A stretch of DNA of 64,000 nucleotides from an uncultured Caulobacteraceae bacterium. GTDB taxonomy: Bacteria; Pseudomonadota; Alphaproteobacteria; Caulobacterales; Caulobacteraceae. The DNA lies in the NCBI GenBank assembly GCA_937138625.1, contig CAKZPF010000009.1:96831-160830 (forward strand), written 5' to 3'. Positions 17,830 through 28,067 of the stretch are shown piece after piece. The notes beneath the pieces are model-generated. The model had not been told where the DNA came from. It saw nothing but the letters and a program-made list of their open reading frames with translations, and searched no databases. The position numbers and the translations under genes are program-made. Position 1 is the first letter of the stretch; each line of letters starts with the position of its first letter.

Positions 17830-18966
17830 ATGACCCATCGCATCCTGCAAGTCATCCCGGAAATGTATATTGGGGGTGCCGAGCGCACCACCGTCGAAGT
17901 GGCCAAGGCCTTGGTGGACGCACACCACGAGGCCTATATCGCCACCCTGGGCGGCCCCTTGGCTGATCAGGCCGAAGCCGCGGGCGCGCGCCTTTTTGCC
18001 CGCGACGTCAAAAGCAAAAACCCCGTTATGATCTGGCGCAATACCCAATGGATGCGCCGTCTGATCCAAGAATATAATATCGATCTGATACACGCCCGCT
18101 CGCGTGCGCCGGCCTGGTCCGCCTATTGGGCCGCTAAGGCCGAGGGCATTCCCTATTTGGCCACCTATCACGGCACCTACAAAGCCCAGGGCGCGCTGAA
18201 GCGGGCCTATAACGCCATCATGACCAAGGGCCCGCTGACCATTGCAAACTCGGGCTTTATCAAGGACCACATCATCGCCGAACATGGCCTTGATCCCGAC
18301 CGCATTGTGGTCATTCCCCGCGGCGCCAACACCGAACAGTTTGACCCCCAGGCCCTCAGTCCCGATCGCCTGCAGGCCCTGAAATCGGCCTGGGGCCTTC
18401 ACGATCTGACGGGTTTGGTTTTGCTGCTGCCCGCACGCCTGACCCCCTGGAAAGGCCAAAGTCTGCTGTTGGAAGCCCTGGCCCAGGTGCAGTTTCCCTT
18501 CACCGCCCTGTTGGTGGGCGAAGATCAGGGACGGCACGAATACACCGCCGAGCTGCGCCGCACCCGCGACCGTCTGGGCCTTGGGGACCGTGTGCACCTG
18601 GTGGGCGGCTGCCAAGATATGCCGGCGGCTTATGGCTTGTGCGATGTGGTGGTCAGCCCCTCGACCGAGCCCGAGGCCTTTGGCCGGGTCGCAATTGAAG
18701 CCATGGCCATGGGCAAACCGATTGTCGCCAGTGATCACGGTGGCCATCGCGAAACCATTCTGTCCGGCCGAACCGGCATCCTGCACGCGCCGGGGGACGT
18801 CCATGCACTGGCCCAAGCCCTTGACCAGGTGGCGCAAATGCCGCAAGAATCGCGCGATCAAATGGGTATGATGGGGCGTCAACACGTGGTCGATCACTTC
18901 TCGACACAGGCCATGACCAAGGCGACCTTGTCTGTATATGATCGCCTTCTCAAGCGCTCACATTAA
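17830..18966 (+). CDS. Glycosyltransferase family 4
   Basis: 378 aa; IGGAERTTVEVAKAL N-terminus, C-terminal VVSPSTEPEAFGRVAIEAMAMGKPIVASDHGG. Confidence 0.8.
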   Translation: MTHRILQVIPEMYIGGAERTTVEVAKALVDAHHEAYIATLGGPLADQAEAAGARLFARDVKSKNPVMIWRNTQWMRRLIQEYNIDLIHARSRAPAWSAYWAAKAEGIPYLATYHGTYKAQGALKRAYNAIMTKGPLTIANSGFIKDHIIAEHGLDPDRIVVIPRGANTEQFDPQALSPDRLQALKSAWGLHDLTGLVLLLPARLTPWKGQSLLLEALAQVQFPFTALLVGEDQGRHEYTAELRRTRDRLGLGDRVHLVGGCQDMPAAYGLCDVVVSPSTEPEAFGRVAIEAMAMGKPIVASDHGGHRETILSGRTGILHAPGDVHALAQALDQVAQMPQESRDQMGMMGRQHVVDHFSTQAMTKATLSVYDRLLKRSH

Positions 18967-18995
18967 GGGCGCATAACCGGTTTGGGGCCAACCTC

Positions 18996-20054
18996 GTGAT
19001 GACGCGTTCGTCTTCTTCTGTATCTACGTTTTCCGCCGGCCCAGCACCGGCCACGCGCCGACAAACGCCACCGCCCGAAGTTCTGGTGCTGATGCTGGGG
19101 GACCTGAAAAGCTGCGTGCAAAATCTGGCCGGTATTGAAGCCATCCGCCAAGGTCACAAAAAAGCCCGGCTGACCGCCCTCGTCACCGCCCCCTACAGCG
19201 CGCTCGTCAAGGCCTGTCCACACCTGGATCATGTCGAGGTGGTGGAGGTGCCCAAAACGCTGCGTGAGACCTATCGTTTTGTAAAGCCCTTGCGGGCGGA
19301 AACGTTTTCATGGGTCTATGACCTGACACATTCTGACTTCACACGGGGTCTGCGGCGCTGGTTTTTGCCCTTTGCCCCACGATGGTCTGGCATTTCGCCG
19401 GGGTGCTCGCACCCCTTACCCGTCACCAACACCGGCCGACACCCCCTTGACCGCCAAGCCCATCAGCTGTGGTTGGCTGGACTGGGCCCTGAAAATGCTT
19501 ATGCCGAGAACACCGCTCCCGCCACTGATTTAAGCTGGATTTTTGATGCGCGTCCCGGTGCACCCAGCATGACGCCCGCATTTTTTGGCTTATCGGATGA
19601 CTATGTGCTGCTGGCCCCAGGCGATGTGCCGGCGGCGGCCTGTTGGCCGTTGGAAAAATACCGCACCCTTGTCGAGGCCGTGTTGGCCGAGGATTTGATG
19701 GTGGCCGTGCTGGGCGGTCAGGGCGAAAATGTGCTGGCGCGTCAGATCGCCGGTTTGGACCCCCGCGTTCGCGATCTCAGTGGCCGCACTGATGTGTTGC
19801 AGGTGACGGCCTTGGCGGCGCAAGCGCGTTTTGCCTTGGGGCATGCCAATGATGTTATGCATCTGGTGGCAGCCAGTGGTGTGCCCACCTGTGTGCTCTA
19901 TGGCGGCACCGCAGATCCTGATCTGTCAGCGCCCCGGGGGCAGCTGGTGACCTGCTTGCATGCCAAAACGGTGCCTGATATTGACCCCCAAGCTGTATGG
20001 CAAGCCATGCGGGCCTCGGGCGTATTTGATGCCCCGCTGCAAGCACTCGCCTGA
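18996..20054 (+). CDS. Glycosyltransferase family 9 (heptosyltransferase-like)
   Basis: 352 aa; VLVLMLGDLKSCVQNLAGIEAIRQGHKKARLTALV resembles the GT9 N-terminal LGD motif; C-terminal GHANDVMHLVAASGVPT. Start uncertain. Confidence 0.6.
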   Translation: MMTRSSSSVSTFSAGPAPATRRQTPPPEVLVLMLGDLKSCVQNLAGIEAIRQGHKKARLTALVTAPYSALVKACPHLDHVEVVEVPKTLRETYRFVKPLRAETFSWVYDLTHSDFTRGLRRWFLPFAPRWSGISPGCSHPLPVTNTGRHPLDRQAHQLWLAGLGPENAYAENTAPATDLSWIFDARPGAPSMTPAFFGLSDDYVLLAPGDVPAAACWPLEKYRTLVEAVLAEDLMVAVLGGQGENVLARQIAGLDPRVRDLSGRTDVLQVTALAAQARFALGHANDVMHLVAASGVPTCVLYGGTADPDLSAPRGQLVTCLHAKTVPDIDPQAVWQAMRASGVFDAPLQALA

Positions 20055-20186
20055 TGCCAAAAGAAAACAGATGCGGTTTATATCTGTATTGCCCCTTGAT
20101 ATCTCGAGATATAGAAGCCATTAACCGTTTTGCGTCAGAATACTCTGCTATGCGGAGCCTGGATTTGTAACTGAAGGAGCACGACC

Positions 20187-20723
20187 ATCCGTAAACCATT
20201 TCAACAACCCCCCAAAAAACCGGCGGGTCCCCGCGTTAACGAAGACATCCGCGTACCAAAGGTTTTGGTGATTGATCATGAAGGTGAAAAACAAGGGATC
20301 GTGCCCACCCGTGACGCCATAGAAATGGCCGCAGAAGTTGGTCTGGACCTTGTGGAGGTCTCTCCGAATGCCGAGCCCCCGGTCTGCAAGATCATGGACT
20401 ACGGCAAATACAAATACCAGATGCAAAAAAAGAAGGCCGAGGCCCGCAAAAACCAAAAAACGGTGGATCTGAAAGAGATCAAATTGCGGCCCAATATCGA
20501 CACCCATGATTATGAGGTAAAGGCCCGCAATATCAAAAAGTTCATCGAAGAAGGCAACAAGGTCAAAATCACCTTGCGCTTCCGGGGTCGGGAAATGGCC
20601 CACATGGACATCGGGATGAAGTTGTTGGAGCGGGTACAGGCCGATTTTGACGAAATCGCTAAGGTCGACCACAAACCCAAGGCCGAAGGTCGCCAGGTGA
20701 TCATGATCCTGTCACCGCGTTAG
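20187..20723 (+). CDS. infC: Translation initiation factor IF-3, probable ATC start
   Basis: IF3 homology ([26 protein letters not shown] = E. coli [24 protein letters not shown]) extends upstream of the first canonical start. An in-frame TGA sits at 20172. The only plausible initiator is ATC 20187, 7 nt after GAAGGAG. Confidence 0.8.
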   Translation: MRKPFQQPPKKPAGPRVNEDIRVPKVLVIDHEGEKQGIVPTRDAIEMAAEVGLDLVEVSPNAEPPVCKIMDYGKYKYQMQKKKAEARKNQKTVDLKEIKLRPNIDTHDYEVKARNIKKFIEEGNKVKITLRFRGREMAHMDIGMKLLERVQADFDEIAKVDHKPKAEGRQVIMILSPR

Positions 20724-20776
20724 GCTGCGTCCAGAAACGACTTTTCATGGCGGACGCATCCGCGTAAGGGGGCAGG

Positions 20777-22015
20777 ATGCAACCGGCCGCCTCGAAAAAT
20801 ACGCCCCACAACGCCCTGCCTCCAGCCGCACAAAAGCGGGCGTTGAGCACGCTGTTTTTTATTGCCTTTATCAATTTGGTGGGCTTTGGGATCGTTATTC
20901 CTTTGCTGCCGTTTTACGGTCGCGCCTTCGAAGCCTCGGCCACTGAAGTCACCATCTTGTTCTCGGCGTACTCGTTGGGCATGTTCATTTCGGAACCCCT
21001 GTGGGGGCGGTTATCTGACCGCATCGGCCGCAAGCCGGTGTTGGTGATGACCTTGGCGGGCAATGTGCTTTCGTACGCGGTGTTGGCCTTTGCCCAAAGC
21101 TACGAGATGGTGCTGCTGGTGCGCTTTGCCGCGGGCGCCTTGGGCGGCAACATTTCGACCTGTCAGGCCTATGTGGCAGACGTCACACCTCCCGATATGC
21201 GCGCGCGCCGGATGGGTCTGATCGGTGCGGCCTTTGGTATCGGCTTTACCCTTGGCCCGGCGGTGGGGGGGCTGCTGGCCCATGGCCGCGAAGGGCTTGA
21301 AGCCTTTATGGTGCCTATGTTGGCCGCCAGTGCCATGTCAGCGCTTGCGCTGTTGGGGACCCTGTTGTTTTTACGGGAAAGCAACCAGCATATGCATGAG
21401 GCCCGCGACCTCAGTCTGCCCAAGATCACCAGCCTTGGCATTGTGAAGCGTCCTGTGGTGGGGCGGGTGCTGTTTGGCACCTTGATGATGGCGGCGGGTT
21501 TTTCCGGCATGGAGTCGACCTTTGGGCTATGGGCCGAGGATCATCTGGGCCTAGGGGTCAGTCGAGTGGGCTTGATTTTTGCTTATATCGGCATTTTGGT
21601 GGCCTTTTCCCAGGCCGTGATAGTCGGGCGTGTGGTCAGCGCCTTGGGTGAACGTAACACTTTGCTGGCGGGCTATGGCATCATGGCGACCTCGCTCGCG
21701 ACCTTGCCCTTGTCACCTAACGTTTGGGTTCAGTTTATTCCCACCGGTGGGATCGCCATCGGCATGGCGCTCGCAAGCCCGACGGTGAACGCCATTTTGT
21801 CCAAAGCCTCGGCCAATCATGAACAGGGCCGCGTCATTGGTCTGAACATGGCCACCAGTGCCTTTTCGCGTATTTTTGGTCCCATTCTGGCGGGGTTTGT
21901 TTATGCGACCCTCGGCCCTGGCAGCTCGTTCTTGACCTCGGCGGCCCTGATGTGTGCCGCCTTTTGCGTCGCCTTGGGGATTTCCCATCACCTGCGCACC
22001 GGAGAGGATATCTAA
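20777..22015 (+). CDS. MFS transporter (TetA/TCR-like)
   Basis: 412 aa, about 12 hydrophobic helices, MFS loop motif GRLSDRIGRKPV. Confidence 0.8.
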   Translation: MQPAASKNTPHNALPPAAQKRALSTLFFIAFINLVGFGIVIPLLPFYGRAFEASATEVTILFSAYSLGMFISEPLWGRLSDRIGRKPVLVMTLAGNVLSYAVLAFAQSYEMVLLVRFAAGALGGNISTCQAYVADVTPPDMRARRMGLIGAAFGIGFTLGPAVGGLLAHGREGLEAFMVPMLAASAMSALALLGTLLFLRESNQHMHEARDLSLPKITSLGIVKRPVVGRVLFGTLMMAAGFSGMESTFGLWAEDHLGLGVSRVGLIFAYIGILVAFSQAVIVGRVVSALGERNTLLAGYGIMATSLATLPLSPNVWVQFIPTGGIAIGMALASPTVNAILSKASANHEQGRVIGLNMATSAFSRIFGPILAGFVYATLGPGSSFLTSAALMCAAFCVALGISHHLRTGEDI

Positions 22016-22176
22016 CAGATATCTCTTACCCACTTGCCTTTTGCCCCCCTTGCTTTTTGGTGGATTATGCGGCATAGACACCCGTTCTGTTTTGTCCGGC
22101 CAGACGCCATGCCGTGACAAAACCAAATGCAACCTAGGTTTTTTGACCTGCAAAAGCCGCAAATTGGAGAAGCAAA

Positions 22177-22377
22177 ATGGCAAAGCTGAAGACCAAGTCG
22201 GGGGCGAAAAAACGCTTCCGCGTGACGGCCTCGGGCCGCATCAAGGTGGGCAAGCCCGGCAAGCGCCACGGCATGATCAAGCGCACGCCCAAGCAAATTC
22301 GTCAAAAACGGGGCACCATGGTGCTGCATGAGGCCGACGAGAAAATCGTCAAGTCCTACATGCCCTACGCCCGCTAG
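22177..22377 (+). CDS. rpmI: 50S ribosomal protein L35
   Basis: [23 protein letters not shown]..., 66 aa. Confidence 0.95.
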   Translation: MAKLKTKSGAKKRFRVTASGRIKVGKPGKRHGMIKRTPKQIRQKRGTMVLHEADEKIVKSYMPYAR

Positions 22378-22407
22378 TTCCACGCTTCAGCATAAAGGAT
22401 TGTCACA

Positions 22408-22764
22408 ATGGCACGAGTGAAACGGGGCGTGACCAAGCACGCCAAACACAAAAAAGTTTTGGACCAAGCCAAAGGCTTTCGCGGCCGCCGGAAAAACACC
22501 ATCCGCACCGCCAAGGCCGCCGTGGATCGTTCGGGGCAATACGCTTATCGCGATCGCCGCGCCCGCAAGCGCAATTTCCGCAGCCTGTGGATCCAGCGCA
22601 TCAACGCCGCCGCGCGTCAGTGCGACCTAACCTATTCGCAATTCATGAACGGCCTGAACAAAGCGGGCGTCGAAGTGGACCGCAAGGTTCTGGCCGACAT
22701 CGCTTTCCATGACATGGAGGCCTTCAAGTCCTTGGCGGAAACCGCAAAGAAGGCGGCCGCCTAG
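22408..22764 (+). CDS. rplT: 50S ribosomal protein L20
   Basis: [30 protein letters not shown]..., 118 aa. Confidence 0.95.
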   Translation: MARVKRGVTKHAKHKKVLDQAKGFRGRRKNTIRTAKAAVDRSGQYAYRDRRARKRNFRSLWIQRINAAARQCDLTYSQFMNGLNKAGVEVDRKVLADIAFHDMEAFKSLAETAKKAAA

Positions 22765-22789
22765 CGGACTTTGACCATAGATCAGAAAA

Positions 22790-22815
22790 AGCGGCGCTTC
22801 GGCGCCGTTTTTTTA
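22790..22815 (+). terminator. Rho-independent terminator after rplT
   Basis: CGGCGC-ttcg-GCGCCG followed by TTTTTTTAT. Confidence 0.8.
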
Positions 22816-22936
22816 TACCCGCCCTTGGGAGCAGAATGGGATCCCTGGTGGACTTCCCACCAAAACCCGCTATTAAAAACACACGATAAAGTGCGCACGC
22901 GCCCCGCCTTGGCGTGCCCCCACAAAGGGACAAAAG

Positions 22937-24028
22937 ATGACGACCGTGATGACCACCGCCGACCCTGAACAGTTGAAAACCGAAGCCTTGGCCGCCATTG
23001 ACGCCGCCGACACCCTAGACGCCCTCGAGGCGGTGCGTGTCGAGACCTTGGGCAAATCCGGCAGCATCAGCGCCGTGATGAAGACCTTGGGCAAAATGGA
23101 CCCGGACGAACGCAAAGTCATGGGGCCAAAGTTAAACGCCCTGAAGACCGAGATCACCGAGGCCATCACCCAGAAAAAAACCGCCCTAGAAGACGCTGCC
23201 TTGGAAGCTGAGCTGGCAGCCAAAGCCTTGGACCTGAGCCTGCCAGGCCCTGATGTGCGCACGGGCACGGTACACCCCACCAGCCAGGTGTTCGCCGAGC
23301 TGACCGAGATTTTTGCCAATATGGGTTTTGCGGTGGCTGAGGGTCCAGACATCGAAGACGACTTTCACAATTTCACGGCCCTGAACTTCCCGCCCGATCA
23401 CCCGGCCCGCGACCACCACGACACCTTCTTTTTCTCCGCTGATGACCAAGGTGAGCGCAAGCTGCTGCGCACCCACACCAGCCCCGTGCAAATCCGCACC
23501 ATGCTAAGCGAGAAACCGCCCTTACGCATCATTGCCCCCGGCCGGACCTATCGCTGCGACAGCGACCAAACCCACACGCCGATGTTTCACCAACTTGAAG
23601 GGTTGGTCATCGACAAGGGCGTTCACATGGGCCACCTGAAAGGCTGTCTGATGGATTTCGTCAAAGCCTTTTTTGAGGTGGATGACGTCGAGGTGCGTTT
23701 CCGGCCCCACCATTTCCCCTTCACCGAACCTTCGGCCGAGATGGACATCGGCTACAGCCGTGATGGCCAGGTGTTGAAGATCGGCACCGGTGACAGCTGG
23801 CTTGAAATTTTGGGCTGCGGCATGGTGCACCCAAATGTTCTGAAGGCCTGTAATCTTGATCCCAATGACTGGCAGGGGTTTGCCTTTGGTTTGGGCGTCG
23901 ATCGTCTGGCCATGCTGAAATATGGCATTCCCGACCTGCGGGCCTTTTTTGACAATGATCAACGCTGGCTGAAGCATTATGGCTTTTCGCCCCTGCACCA
24001 GCCCAGCACCGCCACCGGCCTCAGCTAA
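22937..24028 (+). CDS. pheS: Phenylalanine--tRNA ligase alpha subunit
   Basis: 363 aa; [37 protein letters not shown]. Confidence 0.95.
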   Translation: MTTVMTTADPEQLKTEALAAIDAADTLDALEAVRVETLGKSGSISAVMKTLGKMDPDERKVMGPKLNALKTEITEAITQKKTALEDAALEAELAAKALDLSLPGPDVRTGTVHPTSQVFAELTEIFANMGFAVAEGPDIEDDFHNFTALNFPPDHPARDHHDTFFFSADDQGERKLLRTHTSPVQIRTMLSEKPPLRIIAPGRTYRCDSDQTHTPMFHQLEGLVIDKGVHMGHLKGCLMDFVKAFFEVDDVEVRFRPHHFPFTEPSAEMDIGYSRDGQVLKIGTGDSWLEILGCGMVHPNVLKACNLDPNDWQGFAFGLGVDRLAMLKYGIPDLRAFFDNDQRWLKHYGFSPLHQPSTATGLS

Positions 24029-24054
24029 GTCGCATCCCCCCGAGGACACTCCCC

Positions 24055-26439
24055 ATGAAATTCACACTGAATTGGTTGAAAGATCATCTGGACACCGAAG
24101 CCGACGTCCAAACCGTTACCGAGGCCATGACTCATGCTGGCCTTGAGGTCGAACATGTCGATGACCCGCAGGCGCGCTTGGCTCCGTTCACCATCGCCCA
24201 CATCGTGGACGCCAAACCCCACCCCGATGCCGACCGTCTGAAAGTTTGCACGGTGGCCACGGTGGATGGCGCGTTGCAGATTGTGTGTGGCGCCCCCAAC
24301 GCGCGGGCAGGAATTGCCGTGGTTTATGCCGCAGTGGGCACCTATGTGCCCGGCATTGATGTCACCCTGACCAAGGCCAAAATCCGTGGTGTGGAAAGTC
24401 TGGGCATGATGTGTTCAGCGCGAGAGCTGTTGTTGGGTGATGATCATGATGGCATCATCGAGCTTGATCCCGCTCAGTATACGGTGGGCCAACCGGCCTA
24501 TGAGGCCCTGGGCGGTGACGCCGTGATCGATTTCGAAGTTACGCCCAACCGTCCCGATTGGCTGGGGGTGCGGGGCATTGCCCGCGACCTAGCGGCGGCT
24601 GGCCTGGGCCGGTTCGCACCCAAGACTTTAGATGCTCCTAAAGCCAGTTTTGCCTGCCCGATCACCATCGAAACCCGCACCGAGACCTGCCCCATGTTTG
24701 CCGGTCGCGTCATCAAAGGTGTGCAGATCAAAGACAGTCCCCAGTGGCTGAAAGATCGCCTGACCGCCATTGGTTTGCGCCCCATCAATGCCGTGGTGGA
24801 TGTGACCAATTTCATTTCTTATGACCGCGCGCGGCCCCTGCACGCCTATGATGCAGCCAAGATCGCTGGCCCCATCCATGCTCGTATGGGTGATGGTCAG
24901 GAAAGCTTCATCGCCCTTGACGAAAAGACCTACACCCCCACGCCCGAGATGTGCGTGATCGCGGACAACAACGGCGTCCTCGGTCTTGGGGGGGTGATGG
25001 GCGGTGAGACTTCGGGCGTCTCGGCCACCACGACGGATGTCTTTCTGGAAAGCGCGTTGTTTGACGCCACCACCATTGCCAAAACCGGTCGGACATTAAG
25101 TCTGTTTTCTGATGCACAATATCGCTTTGCTCGGGGCGTTGACAGCGGAGATGTGATCGAAGGCCTCGAGGCCGCCACCACGATGATTGTCGAGATCTGC
25201 GGTGGTGAGGTCAGCGAGATCGCAAGTGCAGGCGAGCTGCCCGCCCCCCCCGAGGCCGTGCGCCTGTCGCCCGCCACCGTGCGCGGCCTAAGCGGGCTTG
25301 AGATCGGTGACGAAGAGATCAAAACCAGTCTTGAGGCCCTGGGCTTCAGCGTCGAGGCCCAAGGCGAACGCTGGACGGTAAGCGTGCCCACCTTCCGCCG
25401 TGACGTCACCGGGGAGGCCGACCTGGTGGAGGAAATCACCCGCATTGTGGGCTATGATCACATACCCGCCACCACTTTGCCGCCTGTGGACTTGCCCCGT
25501 CAGGGTCTGCTGAACAGCTCACAAAAACGCGCACGCCTCGCCCGGTATGCTTTGGCCAATGCCGGCTACAACGAAGCCATCAGCTGGTCGTTTGTCTCCG
25601 AGACCGCGTCAAAGCTGTTCGGCGGCGGGACGGCATCATTGAAGCTGGCCAATCCCATCGCCAGCGACCTGAGTGACATGCGTCCTTCATGTTTGCCGGG
25701 GCTGTTGTTGGCTGCTGGTCGCAACCAGGCCCATGCCGAGCGGGACATCGCCCTGTTTGAAGTGGGCCCCGTTTATCATGATGATACGCCCAAGGGCCAA
25801 CGCACGGCCATCACCGCCCTGCGCCTGCCCCACGCCAATCGTCACTGGCAAACCACAACCGAAGAGGACCTGTTCACTCTGAAGGCCACCTTGATGCAAG
25901 TGCTGGATGTGATGGGGGCCCCCACCGCCAACCTGACTGTAGACATGACCGCCACCCACCCTGGTCTGGCCCCAGGCCAGTCCGCTGGTTTGCGCCTGGG
26001 TAAAACGGTCGTTGCCGTCTTTGGTGCGATCCATCCCAAGGTCTTGAAGGCCCTGGATGTGGATGGTCCGGCTTTTGGCTTTGAAATTTGGATGGAGGCC
26101 CTGCCGCCCCTGAAGGTCAAAGCTCACAAAACCAAACCCGCCTTCCACAAGCCCGACCAAACGCCGGTGACACGGGATTTTGCCTTTGTGGTTGATGGGG
26201 ATGTGGAGGCCGAAAGCCTGCGCCGTGCCGCCAGAGCCGCCGAGAAAAAACTGATCACAGATGTGCGCATCTTTGATCTTTATACCGGCCCTGGCGTGCC
26301 CGAGGGCCAGAAGTCCATCGCCCTTGAGGTGACACTGGCGCCCACGGGCGAAGCCTTGACCGAAGAGGCCATTGACGCCATTGGCAGCAAAGTGATCGCC
26401 AATGTGGAAAACGCCACCAACGGCAAGCTGAGAGCCTAA
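24055..26439 (+). CDS. pheT: Phenylalanine--tRNA ligase beta subunit
   Basis: 794 aa; MKFTLNWLKDHL N-terminus, tRNA-binding, B3/4, B5 and FDX-ACB order. Confidence 0.95.
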   Translation: MKFTLNWLKDHLDTEADVQTVTEAMTHAGLEVEHVDDPQARLAPFTIAHIVDAKPHPDADRLKVCTVATVDGALQIVCGAPNARAGIAVVYAAVGTYVPGIDVTLTKAKIRGVESLGMMCSARELLLGDDHDGIIELDPAQYTVGQPAYEALGGDAVIDFEVTPNRPDWLGVRGIARDLAAAGLGRFAPKTLDAPKASFACPITIETRTETCPMFAGRVIKGVQIKDSPQWLKDRLTAIGLRPINAVVDVTNFISYDRARPLHAYDAAKIAGPIHARMGDGQESFIALDEKTYTPTPEMCVIADNNGVLGLGGVMGGETSGVSATTTDVFLESALFDATTIAKTGRTLSLFSDAQYRFARGVDSGDVIEGLEAATTMIVEICGGEVSEIASAGELPAPPEAVRLSPATVRGLSGLEIGDEEIKTSLEALGFSVEAQGERWTVSVPTFRRDVTGEADLVEEITRIVGYDHIPATTLPPVDLPRQGLLNSSQKRARLARYALANAGYNEAISWSFVSETASKLFGGGTASLKLANPIASDLSDMRPSCLPGLLLAAGRNQAHAERDIALFEVGPVYHDDTPKGQRTAITALRLPHANRHWQTTTEEDLFTLKATLMQVLDVMGAPTANLTVDMTATHPGLAPGQSAGLRLGKTVVAVFGAIHPKVLKALDVDGPAFGFEIWMEALPPLKVKAHKTKPAFHKPDQTPVTRDFAFVVDGDVEAESLRRAARAAEKKLITDVRIFDLYTGPGVPEGQKSIALEVTLAPTGEALTEEAIDAIGSKVIANVENATNGKLRA

Positions 26440-26449
26440 AGGGGACCCA

Positions 26450-26983
26450 ATGGCGGAGCATGTTAAGATGGGCGAGCGTCTCGAAAAAGGATTTGAAAAG
26501 GCCCTGTTCGCCAGCCGCTGGCTGTTGACCCCGTTTTATGTGGGGTTGGTGTTTGCCTTGTTGATCCTGATGGCCACCTTTGTGCAGGAAATCGTCCACG
26601 CCCTGCCAGGGATGCTTAGCCTGCATCCCGATGATGCCATTCTGTTGGTCTTGGCTTTGATTGATTTGTCTTTGGCGGCCAATTTGGTCTTGATTGTGAT
26701 TTTTTCAGGCTATGAAAACTTCGTCAGTCGTCTGGACATAGATGATCACAAAGACCGCCCCAGCTGGATGGGCAAGGTTGATTTTTCAGGTCTGAAATTA
26801 AAACTGGTGGCCTCGATTGTGGCCATTTCCGGCATTCATTTGCTGAAGGCCTTTATGAATGTCGGTAAGTATTCTGACCACGACCTGCGTTGGCTGGTGA
26901 TCATCCATATCACCTTCGTTGCCTCGGGGGTGTTATTGGCGCTGATGGACTGGCTGTCGGCCAACGCCCGCAAAATGGGCTAG
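26450..26983 (+). CDS. UPF0114 (YqhA family) membrane protein
   Basis: 177 aa; EKALFASRWLLTPFYVGLVFALL typical YqhA N-terminus. Confidence 0.7.
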   Translation: MAEHVKMGERLEKGFEKALFASRWLLTPFYVGLVFALLILMATFVQEIVHALPGMLSLHPDDAILLVLALIDLSLAANLVLIVIFSGYENFVSRLDIDDHKDRPSWMGKVDFSGLKLKLVASIVAISGIHLLKAFMNVGKYSDHDLRWLVIIHITFVASGVLLALMDWLSANARKMG

Positions 26984-27156
26984 TAGCGCACCGTCAGCAA
27001 CGACCAGACGTACACAACGGCCATCGACGTCACACCCACCCAGATGGGGTCAAACTTTTGCTGACCAAAGGTGTGGAAGACAAACATGGCACCAGCGGCC
27101 ACCAAACAGGCCAGCACCGTCACCCATAAAAAGCGTTTTGTTCCATCTTGAAGCAT
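26980..27156 (-). CDS. Possible 58-aa two-helix membrane peptide
   Basis: Own translation: MLQDGTKRFLWVTVLACLVAAGAMFVFHTFGQQKFDPIWVGVTSMAVVYVWSLLTVRY. Below the ORF-track cutoff; no SD seen. Confidence 0.3.
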   Translation of the reverse strand: MLQDGTKRFLWVTVLACLVAAGAMFVFHTFGQQKFDPIWVGVTSMAVVYVWSLLTVRY

Positions 27157-27253
27157 ATTGCCCCTGCCTTTCTGCCCATTTTGGGCATCATCAAGCTTAG
27201 GGGCAAACGCCGTGCCAAACGGGCGCTTCCCGATTTAAGACCTTGGATTGGCC

Positions 27254-27883
27254 TTAAAACGGCCAGTATTGACGCTCTTTGGAAAAGGCCAGATAGCCAG
27301 CTGAGGCCCCAAGCCGCAAGCCCACACCGGCGCGCATCGGCGCGAGCGATATTTGGTCGCCTTTCATATAATTCACACCAATACCACCAATGACATAGGC
27401 GGAGCCTTCTATGCCAGGAAAGCGACGGTAAATTTGATCTGGCGATTGCATGTTATACACCAGGATAAAGACCCGGCTGGCATTACCGCCGGCGTCAAAC
27501 CCCAGGCTGGGCCCCTGCCAATAGACAACCCGGGCGCCACCAGATTTTAGGGTCATCACACCCTTGCCATAGCGCAGACCCGCGCCCAAGGCCCCCGAGA
27601 CCTCTTCGCCCGCAATATAGCCCGTGGGCCGGCCATTGTCGGCAAAGATACGCTCGACGGCGGCTCCTGCAGCCTCGGCCGTCACGCCAAAGAAATCTGA
27701 GACCGCTGAAACGACCTCGTCTTGTTGATAGGTTTCCGAAACCCCTGGGGCGGCCACATCTTCAGGGGCCTGAGTTTGCGAAGTTTGTGACGGGGGCGGC
27801 GCGTTATAGTCCACCGGCCCTTGGGTTTGAGCACAAGCCGTCAAACTGGCAGAGAGAGTAAAAGCAGCAAGAAGCGCGCGCAT
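27254..27883 (-). CDS. Lipoprotein, DUF1134-like
   Basis: Start at ATG 27883 (GGAGGttcccctcATG). Lipobox MRALLAAFTLSASLTAC. The Gly-rich C-terminal domain (GSAYVIGGIGVNYM) resembles alphaproteobacterial DUF1134 (recall only). Confidence 0.55.
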   Translation of the reverse strand: MRALLAAFTLSASLTACAQTQGPVDYNAPPPSQTSQTQAPEDVAAPGVSETYQQDEVVSAVSDFFGVTAEAAGAAVERIFADNGRPTGYIAGEEVSGALGAGLRYGKGVMTLKSGGARVVYWQGPSLGFDAGGNASRVFILVYNMQSPDQIYRRFPGIEGSAYVIGGIGVNYMKGDQISLAPMRAGVGLRLGASAGYLAFSKERQYWPF

Positions 27884-28067
27884 GAGGGGAACCTCCGTTG
27901 GGTTGTGATCGGCCTCATCACAGGCCGGTTTGAACATCAGTTGTCGAGATCATGAGTTAAGAAATCGGTAAGATCCGTATAAAGCCCGTTAAAAAAACCA
28001 TATGCACATTTGGGCATTTGGCGAAAAAGCGCTTGGCCTTTGGCGCGCCAGTCGGTAACAGACGCCT

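Noticed and set aside
17803-18897. N-terminal 365 aa of the 621-aa minus-strand ORF
   Set aside because: It is antisense to a well-supported GT4 gene (17830..18966). The hydrolase homology begins only at MREEKNG, which has its own AGGAG SD.
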